From the NCBI GenBank assembly GCA_047967505.1, contig CM106538.1: a stretch of DNA of 64,000 nt, one strand, 5' to 3'. The position numbers and the translations under genes are program-made. The notes beneath the pieces are model-generated. The model ran no database searches. It was not told where the DNA came from and saw nothing but the letters and a program-made list of their open reading frames with translations. Shown in pieces: positions 25,001 through 37,380 of this stretch (its first letter is position 1; each line of letters begins with the position of its first letter). Origin of the DNA: Dipteris shenzhenensis. Lineage: Eukaryota.

Positions 25001-28000
25001 ATCAGGGGTATTTGATCATGTTGTTGCAATAACCGAGCAGCCAAGCACTTCTTTGTGGCATTGCAGGTTGGGGCACATGAGCCAGAATGGAATGAAACTC
25101 TTATGCCGTTTGGGTTATGTACCGCATTTGAGTTTCTCTGATTTTGAATTTTGTGAGCATTGTCTCTATGGGAAGCAGACTAAATCAGCCCATAAAAGAA
25201 GGGGAAAGAAAGAGTTTGAAATGCTTGATTTGGTGCATTCAGACGTATGTGGTCCCATGCCTACACAGTCATTAGGCGGGGCTGAATACTATGTGACATT
25301 CATTGATGATGCAACTAGGAAAGTGTGGGCTTATGTTATAGCTCCAAAGAGTGATGTATTCCAGGTATTTTAGAAATGGCTGGCCTTGGTTGAGAATCAG
25401 TCAGGTAGAACGCTTAAATGCCTACGGACTGACAATGGTGGAGAGTATCTCTCTCATGACTTTCAGCATTTCTGTGATACACGTGGGATTAAGAGGGAGC
25501 TTACATCCCCTCGTACTCCAGAGCAAAATCCAGTTGCAGAAAAGATGAACCGTACCATTCAAGAAAGATTGCAATGCATGCTTTCCAATGTAAGTCTTTC
25601 TGGTGGTTTTTGGGCTGAGGCAATGAGGACTGCAGTGCATGTGATCAATAGATCACCTAGTAAGAGTTTGGATGGTGGTATTCCTGAAGAGGCATGGAGT
25701 GGCAAGAAGCCCTCTTACTCTCATTTGCGTATATTTGGGTATGAGGCATATGCACATGTGCCAAAAGAGCTTCGAAAGAAGCTAGATCCTAAGTCTAGGA
25801 AATGCATCTTTCTAGGTTATGGTGAAAGTGGAGAGATGGGCTATCGTCTCTGGGATCCAGAAGCAAAGAAGATCATACGCAGCCATGATGTGGTCTTCAA
25901 TGAGAAGAAGATGCATAAGGCACCCATGAGGGATGTGGAAATGAGGAGAATCACTTTCCAGGATGTGAATCCACCTGCATATGTTGATAGGCAGCAAGCT
26001 GTCCATGCACCAAATGTGCAAGAAATGGTACAACCAAGTACTCCCACAGGTATACAATCAAGGGTAGATGATGGATCATCTATTGGTGGAAATGATGAGC
26101 CAAATGTGGCTAATATGCAAGTGGGACAGCAAGCTGAAATGCCCTTGGGAAGATCATCTAGAGTGTCTAGACCGCCTGATAGGTTTGTTCCAGGGGTAGA
26201 CTATGTGATGCTTACTGATTACGGGGAGCCTTCTTGCTACAGAGAGGCTATGATGCGTGAGGATCAATGCAAGTGGGAGTATGCTATGCAATCAGAGATG
26301 AGTTCACTTATGAAGAATAAGACTTGGGACTTGGTTTCTTTGCCACATGGAAAGAAAGCATTGCCATGTAAATGGGTCTACAAAATGAAGGTCACAGGTG
26401 ATGATGTGCCTAGGTACAAGGCCCGTTTGGTTGCTAAAGGGTTCAAGCAAGAGAAGGGTGTGGACTTTGATGAGATATTCTCTCCGGTTGTGAAGATGAC
26501 CACACTTAGATGCATGCTTGGACTAGTGGCAATAGAGGATATGGAGCTTATGCAAATGGATGTCAAGACAGCTTTCTTGCATGGGGATTTGCATGAGGAC
26601 ATCTACATGGTGCAGCCGGAAGGCTTTGAAGAAAAGGGCAAAGAGCATTTAGTTTGCAAGCTAAAGAAGAGTCTCTATGGTCTTAAGCAAGCGCCTAGAG
26701 AATGGTATCAGAAGTTTGATGCTTTCATTCGGTCCCAGGGTTTTAGAAGGAGTGAAATTGATCACTGCCTCTACACTAAAAGGGCTAAGGATAGTAGCCT
26801 GATAATCCTGGCACTATATGTGGATGATATGCTATTGGCTAGCAAGAATACTTATGAGCTAGATGCATTAAAGGCCAAGTTGCATGAGGCCTTTGATATG
26901 AAGGATTTGGGACTTGCAGGTCATATTCTTGGTATGCGCATCACGCGTGATCGGCGTAGGAAACTCCTTTGGCTTTCACAAAAAGAGTATGTTACAAAAG
27001 TATTGCAGCGTTTCAATATGGAGGGGGGGAAGGCAGTGAGTACTCCATTGCCTCCATATGTGAAACTGAGTCATACAGATAGTCCCAAATCAGATGAGGA
27101 GAGGGCCATGATGGCCAAGGTTCCTTATGCATCAGCAGTTGGGAGTCTTATGTATGCTATGATAGCTACTAGACCAGACATTGCATTTGCAGTGGGAGTT
27201 GTTAGCCGGTATATGGCTAATCCAGGAAAGAGGCATTGGGAGGCAGTTAAGTGCATCATGAGGTACATGAAGGGTACCAAGGAGATGTGCATTTGCTTTG
27301 GTAAAGGAGACATGCGTGTACTTGGGTACACAGATTCAGACTATGCAGGGCATGTGGATAGTAGGAGATCCACTTCCGGTTATGTGTTCACCTTTGCAGG
27401 TGGTGCAGTGTCGTGGATGTCTCGTGCACAGAAGTGCATTGCTTTGTCTACCACAGAGGCTGAGTATGTTGCAGCCACAGAGGGTTGCAAGGAGGCTATA
27501 TGGCTTGATCGGCTAGTGGGAGATTTGGGGATTCATACAGGTGTACCGACATTGCATAGTGATTCCATGAGTGCTATTCAGCTAGCACGGAATCCGGTCT
27601 TTCATGCAAAGACCAAACACATTGAGGTCAGGTATCATTTCATCAGGGAGGTACTTGAGGACAAGCGCATAGAGCTTGTCAAGGTTCATACAGATGATAA
27701 CCCTGCAGATATGCTGACGAAGAGTCTACCTAGTCAGCGGTTTGAGTATTGTTGTGTATATTAGATAGTATGCTCACTAGTTATTCTCCCTTAAAGGCAC
27801 ATTGTCCTTTAAGTGGGAGGTTGTGGGGGTTAAAGGTCACTGTGCCTTAACGCCGGTTATGTACAATACTCAAACACATATATAAATGAATGAAAAAGAA
27901 GATTAGGGTGGTTCTGCACCCACCAAAACTTGTGTGGCTCTCTGTCTCTCTCTCTCTCTCGCTCTCTCTCCCTCTTCTGTTCTTGCTTCCGTTGAGAGCA

Positions 28001-28006
28001 CTCTCA
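22089..28006 (+). mobile_element. Full-length Ty1/copia (Tork/Tnt1-like), copy A
   Basis: 185-bp TG..CA LTRs at 22089-22273 and 27822-28006 (one difference seen), TSD TTAAT, PBS TGGTATCAGAGC at 22276-22287, PPT AAGTGGGAGG at 27811-27820. Confidence 0.98.
23712..27764 (+). pseudogene. Copia gag-pol with a premature stop
   Basis: KFDGTNFSLWK, CYHCGKKGHMKKDC, WILDSGAS, HSDVCGP, LYVDDML, ADMLTK. TAG at 25371-25373 where copy B has CAG. C-terminus altered by a short deletion. Confidence 0.95.
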
Positions 28007-28348
28007 TTAATCACCCCCCCAGTTAGTCGAGAGTACTCTACTCTAAATATATTGAGGGCTTCGTTGACATCTAGGGGGAACCCATACAGCATAGCCACAA
28101 AGAGGCCTCCTGTGAACATGTTATCCAAGGTGATGACATTCAGATGTATGGGGAGTCGCTTGTGGGAACAAAGAGTCTCCACTAGTGCGACCATTTCTAT
28201 TCCATGTGAGTGCAATGCAATGACCTTATATGTGAAGGCAGATATTATTGGAATCACAGAGCATCGAGGGGGGGACCAACTAGGCATGCTAAAGATGAGT
28301 GGGTGAGTAGAAGATGAGTAGGGGAGCAAATGCAAAAATGATGGGGAC

Positions 28349-29483
28349 ATGGCAGACAAGGAGCTAGAAAAGATGCAAAAGGACCTTGAAGATCAGAGAG
28401 CTGAAAAGGAGGGTCTTTACAAATGGCTCTACAACATGCGAAACTCATTGAATATTGAAAAAGACCATATGGTGGAGGAGCTGAAAAGGGAGAATGCAAA
28501 AACCCAAAAGGTGATGCAGGAACTACGAGAGAGCTTCGAGGCCAGGAAGGATGGGGCAGAGAGCAGTTGGTGTGGAGAAGACAACAAGGTAGCTCCCTAA
28601 GCCAAAAAGGATGCAGAGAGTAGCCACCATGTTGAAGCAAGTTCCAACCATCACGATGGAGAACTTTGCAACAGCCACGACAGTGAGGGTTTTTTTTCAA
28701 AATAGTGTTGGAACTCCAAAGAGCAACCTACAATACCCTACAAGAAGATCACGATAGATGTTTGCACAAGCTTGCCATGGCTTTTGACAATTATGAAAAG
28801 TAGTCTCTCGCTCTGCGAGATGTCCAAACTAGAGTGGAAGTCTTGGAAACTGACCCTGAAGAAGTTTTTCAGGAATTTACAAAAGTTCAACAGATGCTAA
28901 GGGATTCTGATACAGTTGTTGCATATAGTGAGCAAAAAGTGGAGGAGATGAAGGAGAACATCCTATGAGGGAGGAAGGAATCAAGAAGTAACTTCATCAT
29001 GTATAGAGCAAGACTATGGTATTGACGCCTGCAATAGTTAAATCGGATGCTATCCTGCTATGTAGCAGGGTCTAAAATGCATGGTTTGCCATACCCCCAT
29101 CATAGATGATTGCTCTATCCGGATGGCCTGCATGCTACCACCTTATGCACATTTTTTTCATTGGAGTGTGGGTGCATACAAAATCGCTATGTAGAGAATG
29201 CCATTTGCCATTGCCTAGGTCATGGATAGATCAAATATGCCTTCTTGCTACAGCTATCTACGACAAGAAAGTAGATGCTGCACCTCAATATGCCATTTGG
29301 GCAAAAGATCTTAAAGACAAGGAGCTCAAATTGAAGAAGGCCAAGACTGAACCTGACTGCAAGGAAAAGGAGCCTAAGGGAGGAACTGGCCCCCCTCTGG
29401 AAAGGAGAAAAAAGGGCCGAGCCTGCAACCAGAAAGCTCAAATCAAGGAGAGAGGAAGCCACATGAAGGGAAGGAGTCTTTGA
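28349..29483 (+). pseudogene. Coiled-coil + RING-H2-like + basic-tail protein (decayed)
   Basis: E/K-rich helical N-terminus. Two-copy consensus CMVCHTPIIDDCSIRWPACYHLMHIFFIGVWVHTKSLCRECHLP at 29078-29201. Confidence 0.7.
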
Positions 29484-29609
29484 GATTGTAATCTATGTAA
29501 TTTGTGTGTAATCTATTGAATTGTTAATCTTCTCTAGAGTTTACTTGGGCAATGTTTTCTAAGCTAAGTGACTAGATAGTGTCGTTTGATCCATGCCAAC
29601 ATGATGATA

Positions 29610-29785
29610 ATAATGAGATGAAAGATTTTAATTTTGACACGTAATGTAAGACGAAAGATTTCGATTAGATTACTAATGTGAGACTGAAAGATTTTGATTA
29701 GTGAACTATTGTACCACAAAAGATTTCAATTAGACAACTAATGTGAGATGAAAGATTTAGATTAGACAACTAACATGAGACTAAA
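29610..29785. repeat. Degenerate ~30-bp tandem repeat, about 5-6 units
   Basis: AAAGATTT..ATTAGA..CTAATGTGAGA recurs. The inverted counterpart is at ~59910-60085. Confidence 0.75.
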
Positions 29786-30248
29786 AAATGAGAAGGTTGG
29801 CGGCTCACTGAACTCTCTCCCTATTTAAGTCCAGTGCAGACACAACTAAGAGCTCATTATGAAATCTAGCCCCAAAACTCTATACATTGATCCACCTACT
29901 GCGAATCTATAGCATACCTAAAAGACTTTGGAATGCTTTTGTTCTATTTGAAAATGATGTTGTATGGCATCCTCATAGAAATAGACCCAGAGAAGGAGGA
30001 GGAAAATAGCTACAAGGAGGACATGCTTCAGTGGTGGGTGTATTACTAGGAGTTGGCACAGACGGTGATTATTAATTTCCCCGGCTATTGTTTTTTCTGC
30101 TCCTTTAAGGTACTTGTCAAGCTCATGATGTAGGTTTCTTTTGGCAGGACATGAAAGAGGCTCGAAGATGTATAGAGCACAAAGAGCAGGATGAAGAGGA
30201 ATCCCAGCAAAAGGAGAAGATACTATGGGTGTATAAGTCGGTAGAGTC

Positions 30249-30850
30249 AACTCTACTTATAAGCCCCCCATATGAGGAGAAGGCATTTGAGTAGCTCGGT
30301 TATCCGGTAGGTCCTGGTTTGGACACCAGATGGGGGCCATGTGTGGCCTGATGGCTAGATGGCATTAGATAGAGTTGGCACACCACCAACTAGGCTACAT
30401 GCAAGTGCGGGAAGGCATCCCATGACTGACCGCACTAAGGGTAGATGGAGCATTTCCCGCGGTAGCCCACTCTGGGGTTGCGGGGCCCATTTGGAGCCTC
30501 AGATGATCCTAGATATAGCTCTGGGCCGCGAACAGAGACACTCTCGTGTAACTACACAGGAACCAGCTAACTCTACTTGTAAGCCCCCCATATGAGGAGA
30601 AGGCATTTGAGTAGCGCGATTATCTGATAGGTCCTGGTTTGGACACCAGATGGGGGCCATGTGTGGCTTGATGTCTGGACGGCTTCAGATAGAGTTGGCA
30701 AACCGCCAACTAGGCTACATGCAAGTGCAGGAAGGCATCCCATGACTGACCGCACTGAGGGTAGATGGAGCATTTCCCAGGGCAACCCACTCTGGGGTTG
30801 TGGGGCCCGTTCGGAGCCTCAAATGATCCTAGATGTGGCTCTGGCCGAAC
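30249..30850. repeat. 320-bp direct tandem repeat (about 1.9 units)
   Basis: Units start AACTCTACTT at 30249 and 30569. Inverted counterpart at ~58865-59447. Confidence 0.92.
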
Positions 30851-30884
30851 GGTGACCGTAGGTTAGTTGCTCCACTTTGCGCAC

Positions 30885-33260
30885 TGGTTCTATCGTGTGG
30901 TCGGTGGCCTATTTCAAGACCGACCCCTAGTCGACCGTTTTGGGTGGACTGGGTCAGTCACCAAATTGGCTCTAACCGACTACTTGTGGTGGTTATATAA
31001 GAGCAAGCCCGTGAAGCCCATTTCATCACTGGCTATAGTAACCCTGATTCCTTAGCATCCAGCCTCCGTCTTCTACTATTTCCTGCTCACCATCGAAGCT
31101 TCTTTCATAGGAGTGCATGGTTGGGAGGCAGCGCCATCTATTGTATCAATTTTACAATAATTAAATCTTTAATTCTCCATACTATCTGTTTTCTCTCTTA
31201 CGTACGAGATCCTGTTATCTATTAAGCATAGACGTTGTATTGTTTTCTTACATGGTATCAGAGCCTGGACTCTAGCAAGAAGATTTGGTAGTGTGTTTCT
31301 GTTTGCGAGCAGATTTTGAGAGATGGCCCAGCCCACAAGACTACGAATCCCACCGTTCGATGAAAGTGGAAAGTTGGATGGCCCAGTAACTATCCACTCT
31401 GGAAGTTCAAGATGAAGACCATCCTAAGTGCATATGAGCTTTGGGATACTGCTACTGGGGTGGACTTGAAACCGGTCCCGAGACCAAATCTGGCCAATGC
31501 AGCACAACAAATAGTACCAACTGCGGATGAGATTCTTGCATGGACAAGAAGAAATGCAGATGCACTGTGTTCTATTGTTTGCAGTGTAAGTGCATCATGG
31601 CATTAATTCAACATGTCACCACAGTAGAGGAGGCATGGACGGTCTTGAAAAATCAGTACGAGACCACGAATCAGACGCGGATTCAAAATCTGGAGACTTA
31701 ACTCGCGAACGAGAAACTGTCTAAGTCTAAAGTAGCAGAGAAGTTCATCACCAGGGTGAAGAATCTGCACGATCAGATGACTGCGATTGGCATCACCATC
31801 ACCAGTGAGAATCTAGCATGAAGGTGCATACGGATTCTCCCACCAAAATACGACGGTCTTGTTACGGCATTGAATACGCAGAACAAAAATCTGCCCCTCA
31901 ACTTTGAGGATTTCAACGCAATGCTTCTGGAGGAGGAGATGCGTCAAAAGATGAGGACTGGAGAAGATTCGGCTTTCTACGCTGGATCAAAGAAAGGTAA
32001 GGGTAAGGACTCTGGTAACCCATCTTCTTTTGATGATAAAAAGAGAAAGAAGAAGATCAAGTGCTTCTATTGCAACAAGGCAGGGCCCAAGCAGAATGAG
32101 TGCCGAAAGAAGATTGTAGATGAGAAGAACGAAGTTATAAAGAAAGAGTCCAGCAACAGCGCGCAGGCAATACCAGTAGAGCTGTTCGTAGCAATTGAGG
32201 AGATTTGCACGGAGGCAATTCATGTACCTGCAGATGAACCGTGGATTATTGACAGTGGTGCATTGCACCACATGACCAGTCAGAAGGATTGGTATACCTC
32301 TCTACAGCCGGTAGGGAATGACATCCTGGTAGCAGTCGGCAATGATGCAAAATGTCCAGCGAAAGAAAAAGGTACGATTGCTCTCAAGTTAGATGGAGTT
32401 GTAAAACGGTTGTTCGATGTTCTTTATGTGCTAGATATCAAGAGGAACTTGTTGTCCGTTTCTGTGATCACAGATCGGGACCTCAAAGTTCACTTTGATA
32501 AGAATGGCACACAGATTTTGGATCTTCAAGGGAAGGTCATTGGTAAAGGTACGCAGTGCAACAACATCTACGAACTCTCAGCTTTCAGTGCTCAAGCCGA
32601 TGTGAAGAACACTAAGCTGTGGCATGAGAGGTTTGGTCATCTAAACCTTAGTTCTTTGAAGGAGATGCATAAAAGTGGAATGATTGCAGACCTACCAGAA
32701 ATTGCAGATTTGCCCGATGTATGTGAAGCTTGCATGATGGGCAAGCAGCATCGGCATCCCTTTCCTAAAGAGGCCAGTAGGGCAAAGGCTCCTCTAGAGC
32801 TCGTTCACACGGACCTCTGCAAAAAGATGGAGATGGAAGCTTTGGGTGGTTCCTACTACTTCATGATGCTGATCGACGACTACAGTAGAAGCATATGGAT
32901 ATACTTCATGAAGACTAAAGACAAGGCTTTTAGTAAGTTCAAGGAATTGCATGTAATGGTCGAGAAAGAATCAAGGAGGAAGGTGAAGAAGTTGAGATCA
33001 GACAGAGGTGGAGAGTTTACATCAACTGAATTCGAAAGTTACTACAAAAGTCATGGGATCAAGAGGCAGAAACCCCCACCACATACATCATAGCAAAATG
33101 GAGTAGTAGAATGCAAGATGCACATCATCTGCGAAATGGGCAGGAGTATGATGAAAGGGAAAGATTTGCCAAATACTTTCTGGGCTGAAGCATGTAACAC
33201 TACAATTTACATTCTCAATCATAGCTACACGAAGGCTGTGAACGAGATGACTCCACTGCA
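30885..33260 (+). mobile_element. Truncated Ty1/copia, second family (partial LTR, PBS, gag-PR-INT)
   Basis: LTR ends TTACA at 31252. PBS TGGTATCAGAGC at 31253-31264. NYPLWKFKM, CFYCNKAG, WIIDSGA, LWHERFGH, HTDLC, LRSDRGGEF. Breaks off in the integrase. Confidence 0.92.
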
Positions 33261-34470
33261 TGAGGTGTCCCTTCTTTATTGTTAGCCATGGCGAGATATT
33301 GTAGTTCATCAAGACTATGGGCCATGTCGACCAAACTATGGAGAACAAACCAAAAGGGTTCACACCATCCTTTTCTATTTTGAGATGTAAATTGTGTCGC
33401 TCCCTTGCAAAGTCCGACCACATGTTGTCTATGTGCTGCCAAGTAGCACAATCTACTGGGATCCTCAAAGTGTCATCGATGGACTAGTGTGTAGCATGCC
33501 ATGTCATCAGTTGCACAATGGAGTTGCATCTGAACATGTGTTGTATTCTGGGGATGATGGAAAAATGTGTCAAGACCTTCATTGGGATCTCATCTCCCCC
33601 AGTAAGTCTTGTCTGTAGTGCTGTGCTCCACACTTTGGGCCATTAACCAAATTGCCATAGTCGTGATAAAACAAAATACGATCATTAGGGCAAGCATGGA
33701 TGGTTTCATAATCCATCTTAACCATTGTCAACATCTTCTTTCCTTTGTCTCTAGAATTGGGCATGGTATTTGGGATAGGCAACATCTTTTGGAGCAACCT
33801 ATTACAATTTGCATATCCAAGAAACTTGTGAATGAGATATTAATTAATTAAAACAATTAGGAATGAGATACTAAGATCAAGGCTCCAAAGCTCATCAAGT
33901 CTGAGACACTTGCATCTGACCATCCATACTTTGCTTGCAAATTCAAGATCGAGAGGCAAGCTCATAGTTTTGACATCCTCGCACCATCATACAATAGTGT
34001 TGATGCCAAATCTCACATCATAGTCTCATTCTCAGACATCTCACCCCCATCTCCACCCATGGTGCCTCTTTTTAAAAGATCCATCATGTTCACCATACCC
34101 TCGTCCTCCTCTAGAGGATCATCATCAAGATCATCTTGGCCAAACTATGGTGGTGGTGTACGTGCTCCCTTCCTACTCTCCTCATCCTATATAATATAAT
34201 GATGCAAGATTAGTGTGTGCAACAAGGACAAGCAACATAAATATCCATGAATCATTAAAATATCATTGGTTTACCAATGATGCACTATCATGTTGACCAA
34301 TAGCCTCTTCTAGCGGTGCCTCTCCATACATCTGCAAGTGGCGCATGACAATATGGTGCTAATGACAAACCCCATGCCTGCAATGTGTGCAAGGACAAGG
34401 CAATCTCTCACGAAGCCACTCCAAACTCGCAGGAGGTGGCCCCCTATCCGATGAGCTCTCACTACTCATC
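33260..34470 (-). pseudogene. CACTA TnpD transposase, N-terminal part
   Basis: LPCPCTHC..MRHL, ETIHACPNDRILF..PKCG, WQHID..FARE..DGVNPF..STWPIVLMNYNISPW. Confidence 0.92.
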
Positions 34471-35464
34471 GTCTCCACCTGCACACATCGACAACCATCC
34501 CCCCTAGTCAATTCAAACACTTAAACACCTAAATCTCCCAAATTCCCCTAAACACGCTAATCCCGTCTCTTTCACCAAACACCTCGGGGCCTAAATCCCC
34601 CCTAAATCCCTTCAAACATCCATTCACCCCACAAAATCTCCCATCCACCAAACCCCCCCTAAAACCCTAAACCCTAAACCCTCAGAAAACCCTTGTTTCG
34701 TCAGTATGGGTGTGATTATATATTGATGACCATACTGATGTCGATATTGACGCTCTACTTTTATATACCCACTTTCATACCGATGCCCATATTGACAAAT
34801 TATGAGAATTAAAAACCCATGCTATTCGTCCTATGATGCTGTTCAATTTTTCGTGCATTCTCCTCCCTCACTTTCACTTTCAGCTCATGATCGCCTACCT
34901 CCTCCCTCCCCCTCCCACCTCTCCATCCTCTTTTACATTGACCCTCTGCACCTACAAGATTTGTTGCAGCTCTGTCTCCATCTCAAGGTAAGAATTCCTC
35001 TCTTCCCCTTCTATTTCAAGTTTGTTTGGTTTCTTTGTCTTTGTTTCTACCTCTCCTCTTGTTTCCCTTCCTCTACTTTCACTTTCCCTTCCTTTCTCTA
35101 AACTTTCTCTCCTCCTTTCCTTTCCTTTTCTTTCTCTAAAGGAAGAAACAATACATGAAAAACAATCATGAAAGAGAAGAGTATGAAAGCTCTACCTATT
35201 GTTTTTGTGCTTTCTCCTTTCTAGGCTTCTCTTTGTCTCCTCAATCCATACCCTTTGGAATGATACTTCTCCAAACTCCTTTCATTAATTAGTTTTCTTT
35301 AAATGGTATGTTTCCTCTCTTTTATAGGGCAATGAACACAAACCACCTCTTCTTTTGAGCAGGATCATCCGATGGCAAGACACGTCATTTCCAGGTAAGA
35401 ACGTGCTTCCTCTCTTTTCTATTTTTCTTTTCATGAATGCATTGGCCTGGAATGATGGGCGTAG

Positions 35465-37380
35465 GAACTTTTCTCCTCTCTTCTCCTCTCTTCTCCCCTC
35501 TCTTTTCCTCTTCCATCCTCTCTTTTCCCTTTCTCCTATTTTCACATCCTGTTTCTCCCCCCTCTCTCTCTTATTTCCTCTCTTTTCCCTCCCTCTTTTC
35601 CCCCTCTCTTTTCTTGTCTCTTTTCCTCTCTTATCCCCTCTCTTATTTCCTCTCTTCTCTTATTTCCTCTCTTCTCCCCTCTCTTCTCTTTTTTCCCCTC
35701 TTTCTCCCCTCTTTTCCTCTTCCATCCTCCCTTTTCCTTCACTCCTCTCTTTCCCCTTTCTCTTATTTTCACATCCTGTTTCTCCCCTCTCTCTTTCTCT
35801 CTTATTTCCTCTCTTTTCCCTTGCTCTTTTTACTTCTCTTTCTTGTAGAGAAATTGATCGGTGACTACTGTCTACAGTCCCACTGATTGGATGTAAGGCA
35901 CTACCTCTAGATCCTGGAGCACCTCATAGGATATGGTATTGTAATAGTAGCATCAGTAATCTTTGGTGTTGCATTTGACTTGTCAATGGATAACAACCCC
36001 ACTGTATTCATCAAGCCAGTCTTGTGTGAGAGGTAAGAATTGGCTGACTTGGAAATAGCAGATGAAAAGTAGTGATTAAGTCATTTTGTAGCAAAACCTA
36101 TAAAGGCATTAGGTTTCCTAAAGCCCAAGCAAAGTATAGTGAACCAACCTTGCTTGTGTGAAGTGATGGATGTGCCATAGCCAGAATCAACTACCACAAC
36201 ATCGATGCTTCAAAATTGAATGAACAAATCTCCATAGAACCCCACACCATATGATACACCACAAACATGCAAGAAGTACTCCATCATCTCACTACAACGA
36301 TGAGCCACACAGAATGTTAGAGAAAACCTACCTATGCCTATATCACACAAACAGAATACAAACAATGCATGCACCAAAGGCGGCCATCATCCATCACAAG
36401 GCTTGCACAGACAGCCAAGGAATGCCAACCCATGCGTGCATGACTTCACAATCTGCTCCACACATCCATAATCTACTGCAAACACCACTCCCCTCTCTTC
36501 TCCTCTCTTCTCTTATTTCCTCTCTTCTCCCCTCTCTTCTCCCCTCTCTCCTATTTTTTCCCCTCTTTTTCCCTTTTCTTTTCCTCTTCCATCCTCTCTT
36601 TCCCCTTTCTCTTATTTTCACATCCTCTTTCCCCCCTCTCTCTTTCTCTCTTATTTCCTCTCTTTTCCCTCCCACTTTTCCCCTCTCTTATTTCCTCTCT
36701 TCTCCGCTCTCTTCTCCTCTTTTCTCTTATTTCCTTTCTTCTCCCCTCTCTTCTCTTTTTTCCCCCTCTTTTCCCCTCTCTTCTCCTCTTCCATCCTCTC
36801 TTTCCCCCTTTCTCTCTTATTTCCTCTCTTTTATCTCATCTCCCTCCGTCTTTTTCCTTCTCTTTTCCTCTTCCATCCTCTCTTTTCCCCTCTCTTTTCT
36901 CCCCTCCCTCTCTTTCCCCTCTGTTTTCTCCCCTCTTTTTTGCCTCTTTCCCCTATCTTTCCCCTATCTTTCCCCTCTTTTCTCCTCTCTTTTCTCCCCT
37001 CTCTTATTTTCTTATTTCCTCTCTTTTCTCTCCCTCTTTTTCCCCTCTCTTCTCTTTTTTCCCCTCTTTTCCCCTCTCTTCTCCTCTTCCATACTCTCTT
37101 TCCCCCTCTCTTCTCCCCTATCTCTTTCTCTCTTATTTCCTCTCTTTTCCCTCCCTCTTTTCCCCTCTTTTTGTCTTCCATCCTCTGTTTTCCCCTCTCT
37201 TTTCTCCCCTCCCTCTCTTTCCCCTCTCTTTTCTCCCCTTTTTTCCCCCTCTTTCCCCTCTCTTTCCCCTCTCTTATTTTCCCCTCTTCTCTTATTTCCT
37301 CTCTTTTCTCTCTTTTCCCTCCCTCGTTTTCCCCTCTCTTTTCCTCTTCCATCCTCTCTTTTCCCCTCTCTTTTCCTCCA
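35465..37380. repeat. Two long degenerate polypyrimidine (CT-rich) tracts at 35465-35845 and 36490-37380
   Basis: Almost purely C/T on the + strand, with recurring TCTCTTATTTCCTCTC and TTCCTCTTCCATCCTC units. A purine-rich tract follows at 37420-37700. Confidence 0.95.

Larger units (their letters stand above)
21365..30880 (+). mobile_element. Unclassified ~3.5-kb repeated module, copy 1 (interrupted by the Copia at 22089-28006)
   Basis: Colinear with the reverse complement of 58834-62406 once the Copia is removed. Contains an 18-bp inverted repeat, a RING-H2 pseudogene, ~30-bp tandem repeats and 320-bp direct repeats. Confidence 0.8.

Noticed and set aside
27847-28359. 170-aa and 138-aa ORFs across the Copia 3' LTR junction
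   Set aside because: Chimeric read-through of LTR and flank with no domain motifs.
30249-30850. Hammerhead ribozyme or retrozyme in the 320-bp repeats
   Set aside because: No CTGANGA plus GAAA core with proper stems was found by eye on either strand.
21355-30890. RING module as a TG..CA solo LTR, or as the endpoints of an inversion
   Set aside because: Flanking 5-mers do not match within a copy or crosswise between copies.
34660-34682. Telomere remnant
   Set aside because: Only about three AAACCCT units, better explained as a promoter telo-box.
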